Positions 16,661-26,515 of a DNA stretch of 64,000 nucleotides are shown here, in pieces. The DNA comes from a virus: IMG/VR virus record IMGVR_UViG_3300036828_000755, positions 67,755 to 131,754 of that record. One strand, 5' to 3'. The notes below the pieces were generated by a model that did no database searches, was not told where the DNA came from, and saw nothing but the letters and a program-made list of their open reading frames with translations. The translations under genes and the position numbers were made by a program. The first letter of the stretch is position 1; each line of letters starts with the position of its first letter.

Positions 16661-16896
16661 AACTGTCCAAGGCAGCGCAAATCTTCAGCGACTTGCTGAG
16701 GGAGCACGGGGACCAGGAATTCGTCCTGAGGATGGATGGTGAGGCAAGCCAGTGCCTGTCCATGACTGGCTCGGTGGACTCGACTAGTCCAATACGTCTC
16801 GGTGTTGCCTCGACTGAGCACGAGGACGTCGAGTTGTTCAACGGCGTGGTAAACGGTGGAGACTCGTTCGCGAGGCCCGTCGAGGCGTTGCCGTGA
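16657..16896 (+). CDS. hypothetical protein
   Basis: ATGA overlap. Confidence 0.6.
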   Translation: MKLSKAAQIFSDLLREHGDQEFVLRMDGEASQCLSMTGSVDSTSPIRLGVASTEHEDVELFNGVVNGGDSFARPVEALP

Positions 16897-17090
16897 AAAA
16901 GATCAAGGTCAGGGGGTTCCGGGACGTGGAGTTGGTCCGCGTCGTGCTTCCGGGGAAGGTCTGCCTGGTCCGCATCCAGGGCAAGGAAGTGATGGTTGCC
17001 TGGGACTGCGAGGCCGAGAAGTGGGCGACAGACCAGGCGTTGATCGAGGAATACCTCGGAAAAAAGAAGAAGGAGAACCCGTTTCCGTGA
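16893..17090 (+). CDS. hypothetical protein
   Basis: GTGA overlap. Confidence 0.6.
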   Translation: MKKIKVRGFRDVELVRVVLPGKVCLVRIQGKEVMVAWDCEAEKWATDQALIEEYLGKKKKENPFP

Positions 17091-17467
17091 TGGACGATTT
17101 ACGAAAGCAAGTCTTTGACGAGAACCAGTCGAAGTTACAGCCAGAACTTAGGGTTGCCAGGGATGGCGAGGAGATGTGCCAGGACGAGCTAGGCGGGGTG
17201 TCCTGCACCCTGAAGAAGGGCCACGCCGTGGACCGCCACGTTTGCCACTCTATACTGGGGCGAATCTTGCAGACTTGGTCCGACAAGGTCAAGCCCGCGA
17301 GGGCGTACGCCAGGGGTTTGCCGGCACCACCGAACTTCGACCTGCACGACGGCTTCGACGAGAAAAACGAGTCGACGACGTTCTTCAGGTCCAGGGACAA
17401 CTTGACGGAGATCAAGGTCACCGTCCTCTTGAGGCAGCGCAAGACCGAGGAAGGAGACTGGGAATAG
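17087..17467 (+). CDS. hypothetical protein
   Basis: Start at the GTGA overlap (track start 16856 too long). Confidence 0.6.
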   Translation: MMDDLRKQVFDENQSKLQPELRVARDGEEMCQDELGGVSCTLKKGHAVDRHVCHSILGRILQTWSDKVKPARAYARGLPAPPNFDLHDGFDEKNESTTFFRSRDNLTEIKVTVLLRQRKTEEGDWE

Positions 17468-17468
17468 G

Positions 17469-17828
17469 ATGGCAGAAAGATTCGTCGAGGTCGGGATCCC
17501 GGTCTCTGAGCCCGAAGAACTGCGAACCAGGTTCGCAACCCCGCTCGACTTCGACAGGTTCTGGGACCCATACATGCGAACCATGAGGGTCAGCTGTTTC
17601 GCCGAGGAGCATAGGCCGGGCGAGTTTACCCCGTGCATCGAGGCGTTTCCCGGGAACCAGCCGTGGGAGTTCCCGATAACCTTGGATACCGAGATCGGGG
17701 CGATATCCGCCGCGGTCGAGTTCCTGTGGACGATCAAGGACTTCGACGACCTGGCCCCGTTCGCGCACTCTTGCGCTGGGAAGGTCGAGGGTTGGCTTGG
17801 GCAAGGAAAACAGGTCGGCGCACGCTGA
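17469..17828 (+). CDS. hypothetical protein
   Basis: Operonic ORF. Confidence 0.65.
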   Translation: MAERFVEVGIPVSEPEELRTRFATPLDFDRFWDPYMRTMRVSCFAEEHRPGEFTPCIEAFPGNQPWEFPITLDTEIGAISAAVEFLWTIKDFDDLAPFAHSCAGKVEGWLGQGKQVGAR

Positions 17829-17834
17829 CGCCCA

Positions 17835-18347
17835 ATGGCGATGGGAGAAAAAAAGGCAATGCTGTGGAATGACGTAGCAAGACAAGTTAGCGGTGGTTTT
17901 CGGCCACGGATAAGGAAGACTGGGGATCTGAAGAAAGACACCAGCATTCGATCCTCGATATACAGCAGCATGCAAAGGACGTACGAGCTCCGCGTCTCAA
18001 TCAATGACGTTGGGGACGCGTTTGAGGTCGTGTGTCGGGCAGACCGCGGGGTCGTTCGGTCACCTCAACCGATGTCAGGAAAATCTGACGGTATCAAGGT
18101 CGTGCTAAGCAATGGCGAGTACTACTATGGCGCCAGCCTGCTGCCATTCGGCAGGTGCGTACTCCTGGACTTGCCGGAGCAACCAGGCCTAGAATCCGTG
18201 GTCGACCTGGTCCAACCACTCAAGGTTGGGTTCGACGCCGAATTTGACAGCCAGGTCTATTTCGCGGGCGGGTACAACATTTCCGTTGAACAAGACAAGG
18301 AGGACCAGGATGAAACCTCTGTTGACGCTGATCCCCAAGGAGAATAA
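17835..18347 (+). CDS. hypothetical protein
   Basis: Operonic ORF. Confidence 0.6.
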   Translation: MAMGEKKAMLWNDVARQVSGGFRPRIRKTGDLKKDTSIRSSIYSSMQRTYELRVSINDVGDAFEVVCRADRGVVRSPQPMSGKSDGIKVVLSNGEYYYGASLLPFGRCVLLDLPEQPGLESVVDLVQPLKVGFDAEFDSQVYFAGGYNISVEQDKEDQDETSVDADPQGE

Positions 18348-18567
18348 CTGGCCGACGAACACGATCAGGAGCACGGACTCCTTCTTCAACGTCCTCGTGG
18401 ACGGCAAAATGGCGCCGTTCGACGCGTCATTCACCCCTGGTGGAAGGCTTTACTCGATAGAGAGCGTCCACGTGCCGAACGGTCAGGTGGGTAAGCTAAT
18501 GGGTCAGGCGAACGTTACGAGGAAGATGCTGCAGGAGGCATATGACCTATGGCGAATGAGGGCTTAA
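18310..18567 (+). CDS. hypothetical protein
   Basis: ATG 18310 after AGGAGG. Confidence 0.6.
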   Translation: MKPLLTLIPKENNWPTNTIRSTDSFFNVLVDGKMAPFDASFTPGGRLYSIESVHVPNGQVGKLMGQANVTRKMLQEAYDLWRMRA

Positions 18568-19115
18568 CGATGAACGCAGAAGAAAGGTTCAGGGTCGAGG
18601 TCGGAAGACAAAGGACCATCGAGGAAGTGCGCCAAGCACTGGCGGAAGCAGAGCCAGTGGCCGCGAGGTACAAGGCCTCGGAAGAGGCGATCGACGCGAT
18701 GCCGGGTGGTCCCGGACGCGACGCGGCCGCCAAGGCGCACGGCGAGGAGTTCGACCCTGACGATAGCGAGGACGTCTGCAACGGGTTGCGGGAGATCCTC
18801 CCAGAGCTCGAGGAAATCGAGTTAGTAAGGGCCAGGTGTTCGGGTTGGCCCGAACCAAAGAAAACCAAGTGCCTCGAAGCAGTCCAGGAGTTCTGGCAAA
18901 CCACCGTCGAGCGGCACATCAGGAATTGCCGACACTGGATCGAGGTATTCGGGACAGAGTCGTTCGTCAGGATCCAGGTATTTAGCTGGGTTGCGGGCGT
19001 TGAGCCCAACTTCGACCCCCTGTATGACGCGACCCCCGAGGAATCTGAGACGTTCAAGGAACAGGCAAGGGAGATGATGCGGCCTGTCTTGGAACAAATC
19101 TGCGACAAGGATTAG
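18549..19115 (+). CDS. hypothetical protein
   Basis: Operonic ORF, phage codon use. Confidence 0.65.
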   Translation: MANEGLTMNAEERFRVEVGRQRTIEEVRQALAEAEPVAARYKASEEAIDAMPGGPGRDAAAKAHGEEFDPDDSEDVCNGLREILPELEEIELVRARCSGWPEPKKTKCLEAVQEFWQTTVERHIRNCRHWIEVFGTESFVRIQVFSWVAGVEPNFDPLYDATPEESETFKEQAREMMRPVLEQICDKD

Positions 19116-19156
19116 TCAACGATTACTGAAGGAATAGGAAAGAAGGAATAGGGAAG

Positions 19157-19372
19157 ATGTACTTGATCCAAGTAACGATGGACAACGGGTGGTGTGGTTT
19201 CTTACCCGAGGCCGGGGAACCAATGGTGTTCTCGCACGAGGGGGCACTCCAAGCTATTGCCCGCTTGCAAGAGGGCCACGAGATGGGGGACTTGTTTGAG
19301 CCGTGGCGATCCAGTCCCCAGAATCCTGGGATCACCGAGTTCAAGATCTTTGAACTGGTAGAAAGGAAGTAA
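19157..19372 (+). CDS. hypothetical protein
   Basis: SD GGGA. Confidence 0.6.
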   Translation: MYLIQVTMDNGWCGFLPEAGEPMVFSHEGALQAIARLQEGHEMGDLFEPWRSSPQNPGITEFKIFELVERK

Positions 19373-19373
19373 T

Positions 19374-19700
19374 GTGGAAAAAGAAAAGCTAAAGATCCCG
19401 ATCAACGCGGGATGGCTGGCCGAGAACGGCATGCTCGTCGTTGCTGCCGCACAGCTCGGGATAGTGTTCGACCCCGGGTCGGCGAACGACAGGGGGATAA
19501 CGATGGTCGGGCCGGACGGCAACAAGTTGCTGCTGTACTCCGACTACCTCCTGTTTACCCTGGGACAGCTACAGGTCCTGGGCTTTGACACCGGGCCGAT
19601 TTGCAACAGCTGCGGCAAGCCGTTGCCGGTCTGCGAGAGGGAGCGGGAAGAAATACACGCGAGGATGCTGGCGGAAGCGGGGGCCTTCGAACCGAGATGA
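19374..19700 (+). CDS. hypothetical protein with CxxC
   Basis: CNSCG..L..C. Confidence 0.6.
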   Translation: MEKEKLKIPINAGWLAENGMLVVAAAQLGIVFDPGSANDRGITMVGPDGNKLLLYSDYLLFTLGQLQVLGFDTGPICNSCGKPLPVCEREREEIHARMLAEAGAFEPR

Positions 19701-20140
19701 GGAAAGAAACTGAGGCCAGCAAAGGCGCGAGGGGTCCCAGGTTTACGTTGGACGACTACGGGACAGGGCTCGTGCTGAGGGTCGAAAACGACTACGAGGA
19801 CTCGCTCATACCGGACGACGAACTCATCAGGTTGTTCAACCTGGACCTTGCTGACCCGAAGTTGGTCCAAGAGGCGAGGGAGGCACTGGCCCAGTTGGTT
19901 CCCACCTTGAACAGGGTAGATTCAGGCCCAGGAAACTCACTCGATGGCAAATCGTACGCCGGCGTCAACGTACCACACGAGTATCCGGCGCACTTTTGTC
20001 AGGCCACGTCCTGCAAGTATCCGGACCCGGTTTCTGCGTACTCGCTTAAGGCGCACGACGACCTTGAAGTGGAGGTCTTCCTGTGCGACGAGCACGCGCC
20101 AAGAAGTTCCGGGTCAAGGGAGGCCCCCGAAACAACGTGA
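19697..20140 (+). CDS. hypothetical protein with C-terminal CxxxxC/C-H zinc site
   Basis: ATGA overlap; CQATSC...LCDEH. Confidence 0.6.
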   Translation: MRKETEASKGARGPRFTLDDYGTGLVLRVENDYEDSLIPDDELIRLFNLDLADPKLVQEAREALAQLVPTLNRVDSGPGNSLDGKSYAGVNVPHEYPAHFCQATSCKYPDPVSAYSLKAHDDLEVEVFLCDEHAPRSSGSREAPETT

Positions 20141-20157
20141 GGAAAGGGACGCTGAGG

Positions 20158-20424
20158 ATGGCTAGGTCGGAAGAGGAGTTCCGCCAATTCTGCGACGGCA
20201 GGCCGGGTGCCGGCGTCGCGAACGATTTCCCGGGCGGCATGGTGTTGCACCGTGCTGGGTGCCACACGTTGAACCGCAAAAACCACGTGGAGGGGGACGT
20301 TCGCTGGCCAGCAGGTGGGCCAGGGGGCAGGGGGAGTGTTTTCCGCGTCAAGTGGCTGGCCGACACGGTGGACGAGCTGAAGGTCAGGTGGCCGACCGCC
20401 TACCTGTGCGGGAAGTGCCTGTAG
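20158..20424 (+). CDS. hypothetical protein
   Basis: LHRAGC...C..C; start 20137 or 20158. Confidence 0.6.
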   Translation: MARSEEEFRQFCDGRPGAGVANDFPGGMVLHRAGCHTLNRKNHVEGDVRWPAGGPGGRGSVFRVKWLADTVDELKVRWPTAYLCGKCL

Positions 20425-20456
20425 CCGTGGCTACCAACAAGGAAAAGGGAGCGTCG

Positions 20457-20657
20457 GTGACGGAGATCGTCAAGTTTCGGGTCTTCCACATGCCCTGTTG
20501 CGGGCAACTGCTGTGCTGGGTCAACCCGCGCCTACCATCGTTCTGCCCGGAATGCGGGACGAGCGTGTACTTGGAACTAAATTCCAAGGACCGCAAACAC
20601 ATCAAGTTGTGGGACGACCACGCGCAGCTGAAGTTCACGGAAGGGGCGCTCTACTAG
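20457..20657 (+). CDS. small zinc-ribbon protein
   Basis: CCG...CPECG; SD AAGGGAG. Confidence 0.6.
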   Translation: MTEIVKFRVFHMPCCGQLLCWVNPRLPSFCPECGTSVYLELNSKDRKHIKLWDDHAQLKFTEGALY

Positions 20658-20661
20658 GAAT

Positions 20662-20937
20662 ATGGTAGGAAAGAAAACGCGGATCCCGGCGATCAACCAG
20701 GTGCTGTGCGAGGCCATCCCGACATCGTTCGGGGACGCCCCTAGCAGGTTGCCCGGGCACGTCGCGGGACTAGTCAAGGAAGCGATGAAGCTGGCCGACC
20801 CGGCCCCGATGGTCAGGAAGATACTGGTCGACTGGCGCGTGGACGTCCTGGAGAACGAGGATCACGTGCTGGTCCGGTGCGTGGGCTCCGGGACCGTGGC
20901 ACGGTTGAAGAAGAAGATTTTGGTCGAAAAAAGGTAA
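20662..20937 (+). CDS. hypothetical protein
   Basis: Operonic ORF. Confidence 0.6.
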   Translation: MVGKKTRIPAINQVLCEAIPTSFGDAPSRLPGHVAGLVKEAMKLADPAPMVRKILVDWRVDVLENEDHVLVRCVGSGTVARLKKKILVEKR

Positions 20938-20954
20938 GGAGGAAAATTGGCAGC

Positions 20955-21950
20955 ATGGTTGGCGCAAAAGATGATGGAAAACAAAACTGGTCAAATTTCC
21001 AGGAAGGGGACGAGGTACAACTCGTCTTCCTTGGGCAAGACCCAGCTAAACACGAGGAATTGTTTAAGCCAGAAAAAGTCGAGGAAGCGACCGTTGTGGG
21101 GTTCTTCATCCCGCACAATGATGGTTGCTACGTATTCAAGACCAAGTCTGGCAAGAACCTTTACGTGGAACCGTTCCCATACCCGTATGATCCTGAAGGT
21201 AGTTGGCCAGGGGATGGCCTATGGCCATCAGAAGAAGACTGGGAAATCCCGCCCACTCTTCGGGGAGTAGGTTCCTACACGGTCGCTCCGACGACTGGGC
21301 ACGCGGCTTCCCTCTTTAGGCCGACCAACGAAACCTACGAGGCGACCCCAACGACGACCTTGCTACCCCTTGACCAGTCAACTCCCGAGGATTTCGGGGC
21401 AATACTGGTTGTTCCAAGGCAACCACTGGTGGACGTCGACTTCGTCGACCGTCTCAAGCAATGTATCACCAGGGCCATCGCCGACCAACTCCCGAACTTC
21501 GAAGAAGTTCGCTGGCACGAGGTCCTCCTCGGAGACGAGCTCCGGGTTCGAGATAAGGAAGGGTTAGGATTTGACGCAAGGGTCATCTTCAAGGTCGAGG
21601 AAGACTTCAAGTACGAGCTATTGCTCGTTGCGTCCGACGGGAAGGTCAGGAAACTCTCATCCAATGGGAAACCTCGTCCTGAACAGGGAACGTTTTGGAA
21701 CTTGGAGGGGTTGCGCGCGGCCAAGGTCGCGAAGTTGGGTCACCGGGACATCCACAATGTCAGGTTCCACGCAAGGGGAGAAGTGGGAAGGCTCCCGGAA
21801 TCCTTGGGTTGGTCGGAAACCGAGCATAACGCCGAGGTCATGGCAACCGTGACCGGGAAAGATGTCTGGGTCGACGTCGAGTACTCGTTCGGTGTGTCTG
21901 CAACAGACACGAGGACTACCTCGTACTTAGCGTTCAAGGTCCTAAATTAA
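20955..21950 (+). CDS. hypothetical multi-domain protein
   Basis: Long ORF; ATG 20955 after AGGAGG. Confidence 0.65.
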   Translation: MVGAKDDGKQNWSNFQEGDEVQLVFLGQDPAKHEELFKPEKVEEATVVGFFIPHNDGCYVFKTKSGKNLYVEPFPYPYDPEGSWPGDGLWPSEEDWEIPPTLRGVGSYTVAPTTGHAASLFRPTNETYEATPTTTLLPLDQSTPEDFGAILVVPRQPLVDVDFVDRLKQCITRAIADQLPNFEEVRWHEVLLGDELRVRDKEGLGFDARVIFKVEEDFKYELLLVASDGKVRKLSSNGKPRPEQGTFWNLEGLRAAKVAKLGHRDIHNVRFHARGEVGRLPESLGWSETEHNAEVMATVTGKDVWVDVEYSFGVSATDTRTTSYLAFKVLN

Positions 21951-21971
21951 AATTAAGAAAAGGGGTAGCAG

Positions 21972-22145
21972 ATGTGGCAGGTTGAGCTGACGAAGAAGCC
22001 GAGGGTCAACGACTTCAGGGACGACTACTTTCCCAGGAAAACGTACTACAAGGCGGACGCGCTGAAGTTGCAGAAGGAAGTCGAGGACAAGGGCGGGGAA
22101 GCCTTGGTCGTGCGGGTCTCCCGTTCCGCTAAGAAAGGAAACTGA
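21972..22145 (+). CDS. small hypothetical protein (57 aa)
   Basis: MWQVELTKKPRVNDFRDDYFPRK...GN*; TGATG coupling to the next gene. Confidence 0.6.
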   Translation: MWQVELTKKPRVNDFRDDYFPRKTYYKADALKLQKEVEDKGGEALVVRVSRSAKKGN

Positions 22146-22414
22146 TGCCCAAGATCAAGGTAACCATCAACGGGACGAGTGCGAACCCCTGGCACGCGAT
22201 GTGCTTGGAACAGAACCCGTTTCCCCAAATTGGGAGGATGGAGTACGACGAGTTCTCGAAGAGGGTTTCATCACTGGACGCTGACCCGATCGACCCTGGG
22301 GAAGCAGAAGCCATTATCCGAGGGAGACTCAAGGGCTGTTCCGAGGAATTCGTGAAGATCTGCCTCTCGCAGTACAAGCCAGGGGAGCGGGTCAAGTTCG
22401 AGGTGACGTGGTGA
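22145..22414 (+). CDS. hypothetical protein
   Basis: Translationally coupled ORF. Confidence 0.65.
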   Translation: MPKIKVTINGTSANPWHAMCLEQNPFPQIGRMEYDEFSKRVSSLDADPIDPGEAEAIIRGRLKGCSEEFVKICLSQYKPGERVKFEVTW

Positions 22415-22644
22415 TGGCGCCCAACCAGGTAGCGGAAGAATTCCGCCTCTTGCGATTCCTCCACGAAACCTTGAAGCTGCAGCTGGGGGAGGCGCACGAG
22501 AGGAAGGCGACGCTTGCCGAACTCCTGTGCTTGACGAGGCAGCTCATCGTCGTCCAGGACTTGCTAGACTTCGCCAAGCAGCGGAACCTCGAGCAGGTCA
22601 ACGCGGAGATGGCGGCCGAAGCAACGGTGGTGGTCGTGGATTGA
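22414..22644 (+). CDS. hypothetical protein
   Basis: TGATG coupling. Confidence 0.55.
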   Translation: MAPNQVAEEFRLLRFLHETLKLQLGEAHERKATLAELLCLTRQLIVVQDLLDFAKQRNLEQVNAEMAAEATVVVVD

Positions 22645-22655
22645 GGAGGTGCTGC

Positions 22656-22943
22656 GTGCTGGAAAACTTGACTAAGCCAAGCCTCACCCAGGCCGAGTTC
22701 GACGCTTTGCCGCCATGCGGCAACGTCCCGCTCACCTGCGGGAGGCACCCGCTGCTGAGGTGGACCGCGAGGAAGTCCGCGACGATCCGGTGCGCGGGTC
22801 TGCACCTCGCATATCCTGGCAGCCAAACCTACTTCCTTGGGAAGGTGGCGGGAACCGACAGTTTCGGGTATGTTCCCGCGTGCGCCTGCGAGTCGAAGAA
22901 TTTGTTGGTAGTTATCCGAGAACATGCACGAGGAGGAGTATGA
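22656..22943 (+). CDS. hypothetical Cys-containing protein
   Basis: GTG 22656 after GAGGAGG. Confidence 0.6.
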   Translation: MLENLTKPSLTQAEFDALPPCGNVPLTCGRHPLLRWTARKSATIRCAGLHLAYPGSQTYFLGKVAGTDSFGYVPACACESKNLLVVIREHARGGV

Positions 22944-23317
22944 GGGTAGGGTTTACGGGTACGAGGGTCGGCATGACCGACAACCAGAAGAAGCAGCTCA
23001 CCGGGCTGTTGCAGGGCGTGACCGAGTTCCACCACGGCGACTGCGTCGGGGCCGATGCCCAGGCGCACGACATCGCGAGGAACCTCGGGTGCTCGGTTGT
23101 CATCCACCCACCGGTGCTGAGGACCTACAGGGCTTTCAAGCAGAGCGACCGGACTCGGGTCCCTAAGTCCTACGTTGAGAGGAACCACGACATAGTCGAC
23201 GAGGTCGAGCTGCTGATCGCGGCGCCGAGTGGGCCGGAGGCGGTGCGTTCTGGGACGTGGTCGACCGTGAGGTATGCGAGGAAGTTGGGCCGAAAAGTGG
23301 AGATCTTGGGGAGGTAG
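22940..23317 (+). CDS. SLOG-superfamily (DprA/YpsA-like) nucleotide-binding protein
   Basis: RVGFTG.R...FHHGDCVGAD...RNHDIVD....LIA.P...SGTW.TVRYA. Confidence 0.7.
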   Translation: MRVGFTGTRVGMTDNQKKQLTGLLQGVTEFHHGDCVGADAQAHDIARNLGCSVVIHPPVLRTYRAFKQSDRTRVPKSYVERNHDIVDEVELLIAAPSGPEAVRSGTWSTVRYARKLGRKVEILGR

Positions 23318-23319
23318 TC

Positions 23320-23514
23320 GTGTCGCTGAAGAACAAGTTGAACGCGTGGTCCGCGGGGATACTCGCGGCCTGCGGGGCCGTGCTGCTGATACTTGGGGTG
23401 CTGATACCGTCGTCGGCCGTCGCGACGGCCACGAGCATCCTCGGTGCGCTGGCCTTCTTGGCCGGCTGCGCCGTCGCGGCCTGGGTCTCCGACAGGCAAA
23501 ACAGTGGAGAATGA
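23320..23514 (+). CDS. small two-TM membrane protein
   Basis: Two hydrophobic segments. Confidence 0.55.
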   Translation: MSLKNKLNAWSAGILAACGAVLLILGVLIPSSAVATATSILGALAFLAGCAVAAWVSDRQNSGE

Positions 23515-23543
23515 TGGCAGGATCGAGGATCGGCCAAAAAATA

Positions 23544-23575
23544 CCGGATGACCCCGTGAAAAACTGTGGTAAAAT
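23544..23575 (+). promoter_or_regulatory. phage-class promoter (N23 variant)
   Basis: CCG-N23-TAAAAT with TG extension. Confidence 0.5.
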
Positions 23576-23599
23576 TTAATTTAGGTGAAGGGGAGTACC

Positions 23600-23923
23600 A
23601 TGAAGATCGAGAAGATATCGAGGTTGGCTGAGCTGGTCGACGGCGACGTCGTCCTCTTGCTGGAGAATGATCCGAATGGTCACCCGGACGAGTCAGACCC
23701 GGCAGGCTACACGGCGTCGGTCGTCGTGGTTGTGGACGTCCTGCCGGAAAGGAAGGCGGCGGCGATGGTCCCGCACACCGAAGACCCGGTCAACGTGACC
23801 TGGTTCAGGGGGAACCAGGGCGGGGAACCCTTCCAGATATACGAGAAGTCGAACCACGCGTTCACCTCGGCCGGGGATTTCCACAGCGCGGAGCTGTGGC
23901 TGATCCACAGGAAGAAGAACTAG
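23600..23923 (+). CDS. hypothetical protein
   Basis: ATG 23600 after GGGAG. Confidence 0.65.
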   Translation: MKIEKISRLAELVDGDVVLLLENDPNGHPDESDPAGYTASVVVVVDVLPERKAAAMVPHTEDPVNVTWFRGNQGGEPFQIYEKSNHAFTSAGDFHSAELWLIHRKKN

Positions 23924-24030
23924 TTAGCCGAAGTCCAGCTTCAGGGGCGCCGCGGGCCAGTTCCTTTCGGACAGTGCAGCGGTTGTTGGCAGAGGCCCCC
24001 GTAGCTGGACTTGGGAGAACCAGGAAAAAG

Positions 24031-24447
24031 GTGATGCAGACCATCGAAGAAATAAGGAAAGCGGCCCAGGCTCGGGACTCCGTGTCCCTTGATGAGGTCT
24101 ACGCGTGGGAGACTGCGCGGTTGGACGCCAAGAAGTACCACATCCCGTATGCTGTCTGGCACTCTGGGCAATGGCTCATGAGGGAAGTCCGGGCAAGGGG
24201 TGGCGACGACTCGTTGGCAGAAGCCATCTGCTTCGGCGTTGGCCAGAGGCAGGCGATGCTCGAGCACGGCGAAGATCCCTGGGTGCCGGCAGTCCTGGCC
24301 CTGGGAAGGTACGAGCAGGGCGAGTGGGACGTGTGCGGTAAGGTGCTCGCCGAGCAACTGCTGCGCGAGAAGTTCGGCGACCCGATCGATCGCCGGAAGC
24401 TGGCCGAGTGGATGCTGTCTAGGGTAGGGGTATTCTTCGAGGAGTGA
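24031..24447 (+). CDS. hypothetical protein
   Basis: Start 24031 or 24034 after AGGA. Confidence 0.6.
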   Translation: MMQTIEEIRKAAQARDSVSLDEVYAWETARLDAKKYHIPYAVWHSGQWLMREVRARGGDDSLAEAICFGVGQRQAMLEHGEDPWVPAVLALGRYEQGEWDVCGKVLAEQLLREKFGDPIDRRKLAEWMLSRVGVFFEE

Positions 24448-24738
24448 GTGAAAAACATGGAAAAGTTATCGAGGGATCTGCTCACGAGGGCCGCGTACGC
24501 GGCATCGAAGATGAGGTACGGGAACATCCCTGCTAAGGCGCTCGTCCCACTGGGAAGACAGTTCATGGTGGCTGGCGGGAACGACGAGAAGGTGGGGCAG
24601 AGCATCGTCCTGGGAGTCGTCAAGGCCCTTGACGCGGAGAAAAAGCACGCGTATCCTGTGTGCCCCTTCTGCGGCAGGAGGCACGCCGCGCCGAAGACCT
24701 TCCTCCTTGGCAGTAAGCAAGGGGGCAGCAGACGTTAG
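24448..24738 (+). CDS. hypothetical protein with CPFC..H
   Basis: Operonic ORF. Confidence 0.6.
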   Translation: MKNMEKLSRDLLTRAAYAASKMRYGNIPAKALVPLGRQFMVAGGNDEKVGQSIVLGVVKALDAEKKHAYPVCPFCGRRHAAPKTFLLGSKQGGSRR

Positions 24739-24759
24739 ACGATTGGGGAGCTGAAGAAC

Positions 24760-26244
24760 GTGCCAACGATACGTGAGACGCTAAAAGAGAACGAGCTTGA
24801 CCGGCGAGACGAAACGGCCAAGCAGACGAAGTTCGACAAGCCGGTCGAGGTTGTCAGGACCGGGGAAGTCATAGTGGTGCCGAGGGCTGTCCGGCCCGAG
24901 AAAGCACTGGAGATCATCAAGACCTGGGCGGATGCCGAGTCCCAGACGGTCTCGGTCACCGAGAACATCGACGGCATACCGATCGACGCGGCCAACGCGC
25001 TGATGATGGCCGTCAAGTACGAGTTCGGCGTGGTCAGCCTGAGCCAGGGCTTCTGGGGTCCGCCGCCGCCGTTCTTCTCGGTGCCGACCTCGTCGAGGGG
25101 AGAAAACGTCGACGTCTACGTCGGGGCGTTCACCCTTCCGGGTTTCGAGGGGGCATCGTTCCGGTCGTACCCCGATGACAAGAATATCAGGCTGGCCGTC
25201 AGTGGCGTGCTCCGGAAAAAGGACATGCCCCTGTTCAAGCAGCTGATGCAGACCGCGAGGGATTTCCTGAGGGACCAGTCCCTGTACAAGGGAAGGGCGA
25301 TCACCATCGACTTCCTCAACCCCGAGTCTGACTCAGACGACGAAACTAAGCTCCTGATTCCCAGGTTCATGGACCTCAGCCAGCCGAAGCCCCTCATACT
25401 GGCGAGGGACACGGAGGCCATGATAAACGCGACCATCTGGACGCCGATCAGGCACATGGACCTGGTCAAGAAGATGGGCACGCCCATCAAGCGAGGCATC
25501 CTGCTGTACGGCACGTATGGCACGGGCAAGACGCTGACGGCGCTGGAGACGGCGGCCGTGGCAACGAGGCACGGGTTCACGTTCCTCTACGTGAGGGACG
25601 TCTCGCACCTGCAGAAGGCCATCGAGTTCGCGTCGGCCCAGTTCTTGCCGGCGATCATCTTCATGGAGGACACGGAGAAGGCGTTCGAGGACGCGGCCAA
25701 GATCCAGGCCATCCAAAACACGATGGACGGGATCGATGGCAAGGACCGCGACCTGATCGTCGTGCTCACCACCAACCATGTTGAGAAGCTGCCGCAGGCG
25801 ATCATGCGCCCCGGAAGGCTCGACACGATCATCCAGCTCAGGCCGGCAGACCCGGACACGGCAGCGAGGTTGGTCGCGCTGTACGCGGGAAGCATGCTGG
25901 ACAAGGATGCCGACTCGCTGCGTATCGGGATCGCGGTACAGGGGAACATACCGGCCGCGATTCGCGAGGTGGTGGAGCGGGCGAAGTTGTTCGCGCTCGC
26001 CCGGCAGGGCAACTCGAACTTCACGATCAACCACGAGGACATCGAGTTGTCGGCGAAGGGCATGGAGGAGCACATGGCGCTGCTCAACGGTGGCGAGAGG
26101 GCGATACCCTCGCCGGCCGAGCTACTCGGCGGCTCGATGGGGGCGCAGATTGCCCTGGGAATAGTCTCCGGGATCCAGGCACTGGCTGCCGGGGACGTCA
26201 ATCTTCGGGAAGATCCGAAGAACACGAACAAGACGGTGCAGTAG
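24760..26244 (+). CDS. AAA+ ATPase (classic AAA clade)
   Basis: Walker A GTYGTGKT, Walker B IIFMED, LTTNH sensor, RPGRLD arginine finger. Confidence 0.9.
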   Translation: MPTIRETLKENELDRRDETAKQTKFDKPVEVVRTGEVIVVPRAVRPEKALEIIKTWADAESQTVSVTENIDGIPIDAANALMMAVKYEFGVVSLSQGFWGPPPPFFSVPTSSRGENVDVYVGAFTLPGFEGASFRSYPDDKNIRLAVSGVLRKKDMPLFKQLMQTARDFLRDQSLYKGRAITIDFLNPESDSDDETKLLIPRFMDLSQPKPLILARDTEAMINATIWTPIRHMDLVKKMGTPIKRGILLYGTYGTGKTLTALETAAVATRHGFTFLYVRDVSHLQKAIEFASAQFLPAIIFMEDTEKAFEDAAKIQAIQNTMDGIDGKDRDLIVVLTTNHVEKLPQAIMRPGRLDTIIQLRPADPDTAARLVALYAGSMLDKDADSLRIGIAVQGNIPAAIREVVERAKLFALARQGNSNFTINHEDIELSAKGMEEHMALLNGGERAIPSPAELLGGSMGAQIALGIVSGIQALAAGDVNLREDPKNTNKTVQ

Positions 26245-26305
26245 ACCAATTCGGGGATGGGGACCGGGATCCTGAAGTTAGGGTCTCGGTCCCGTTTTAA
26301 GGAGG

Positions 26306-26515
26306 ATGATGCCGAGCTTCGATTCGAAGGAAATAATCGACCAGTTGTTGGCCAACGACGGCTGCTACGAGGATGACCCGCAAGCCATCCAGGTAGCAAA
26401 GTACGAGAACGCGAGTGGCGGTACCACGTACCACGTGGCGTACCAGGAGTCGGAGATCATCGACCTCCTTATTTCTCCGTTCGTGGGCAACGTGGAGGTC
26501 CTGTGGCGGCGATGA
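26306..26515 (+). CDS. hypothetical protein
   Basis: SD AAGGAGG. Confidence 0.65.
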   Translation: MMPSFDSKEIIDQLLANDGCYEDDPQAIQVAKYENASGGTTYHVAYQESEIIDLLISPFVGNVEVLWRR

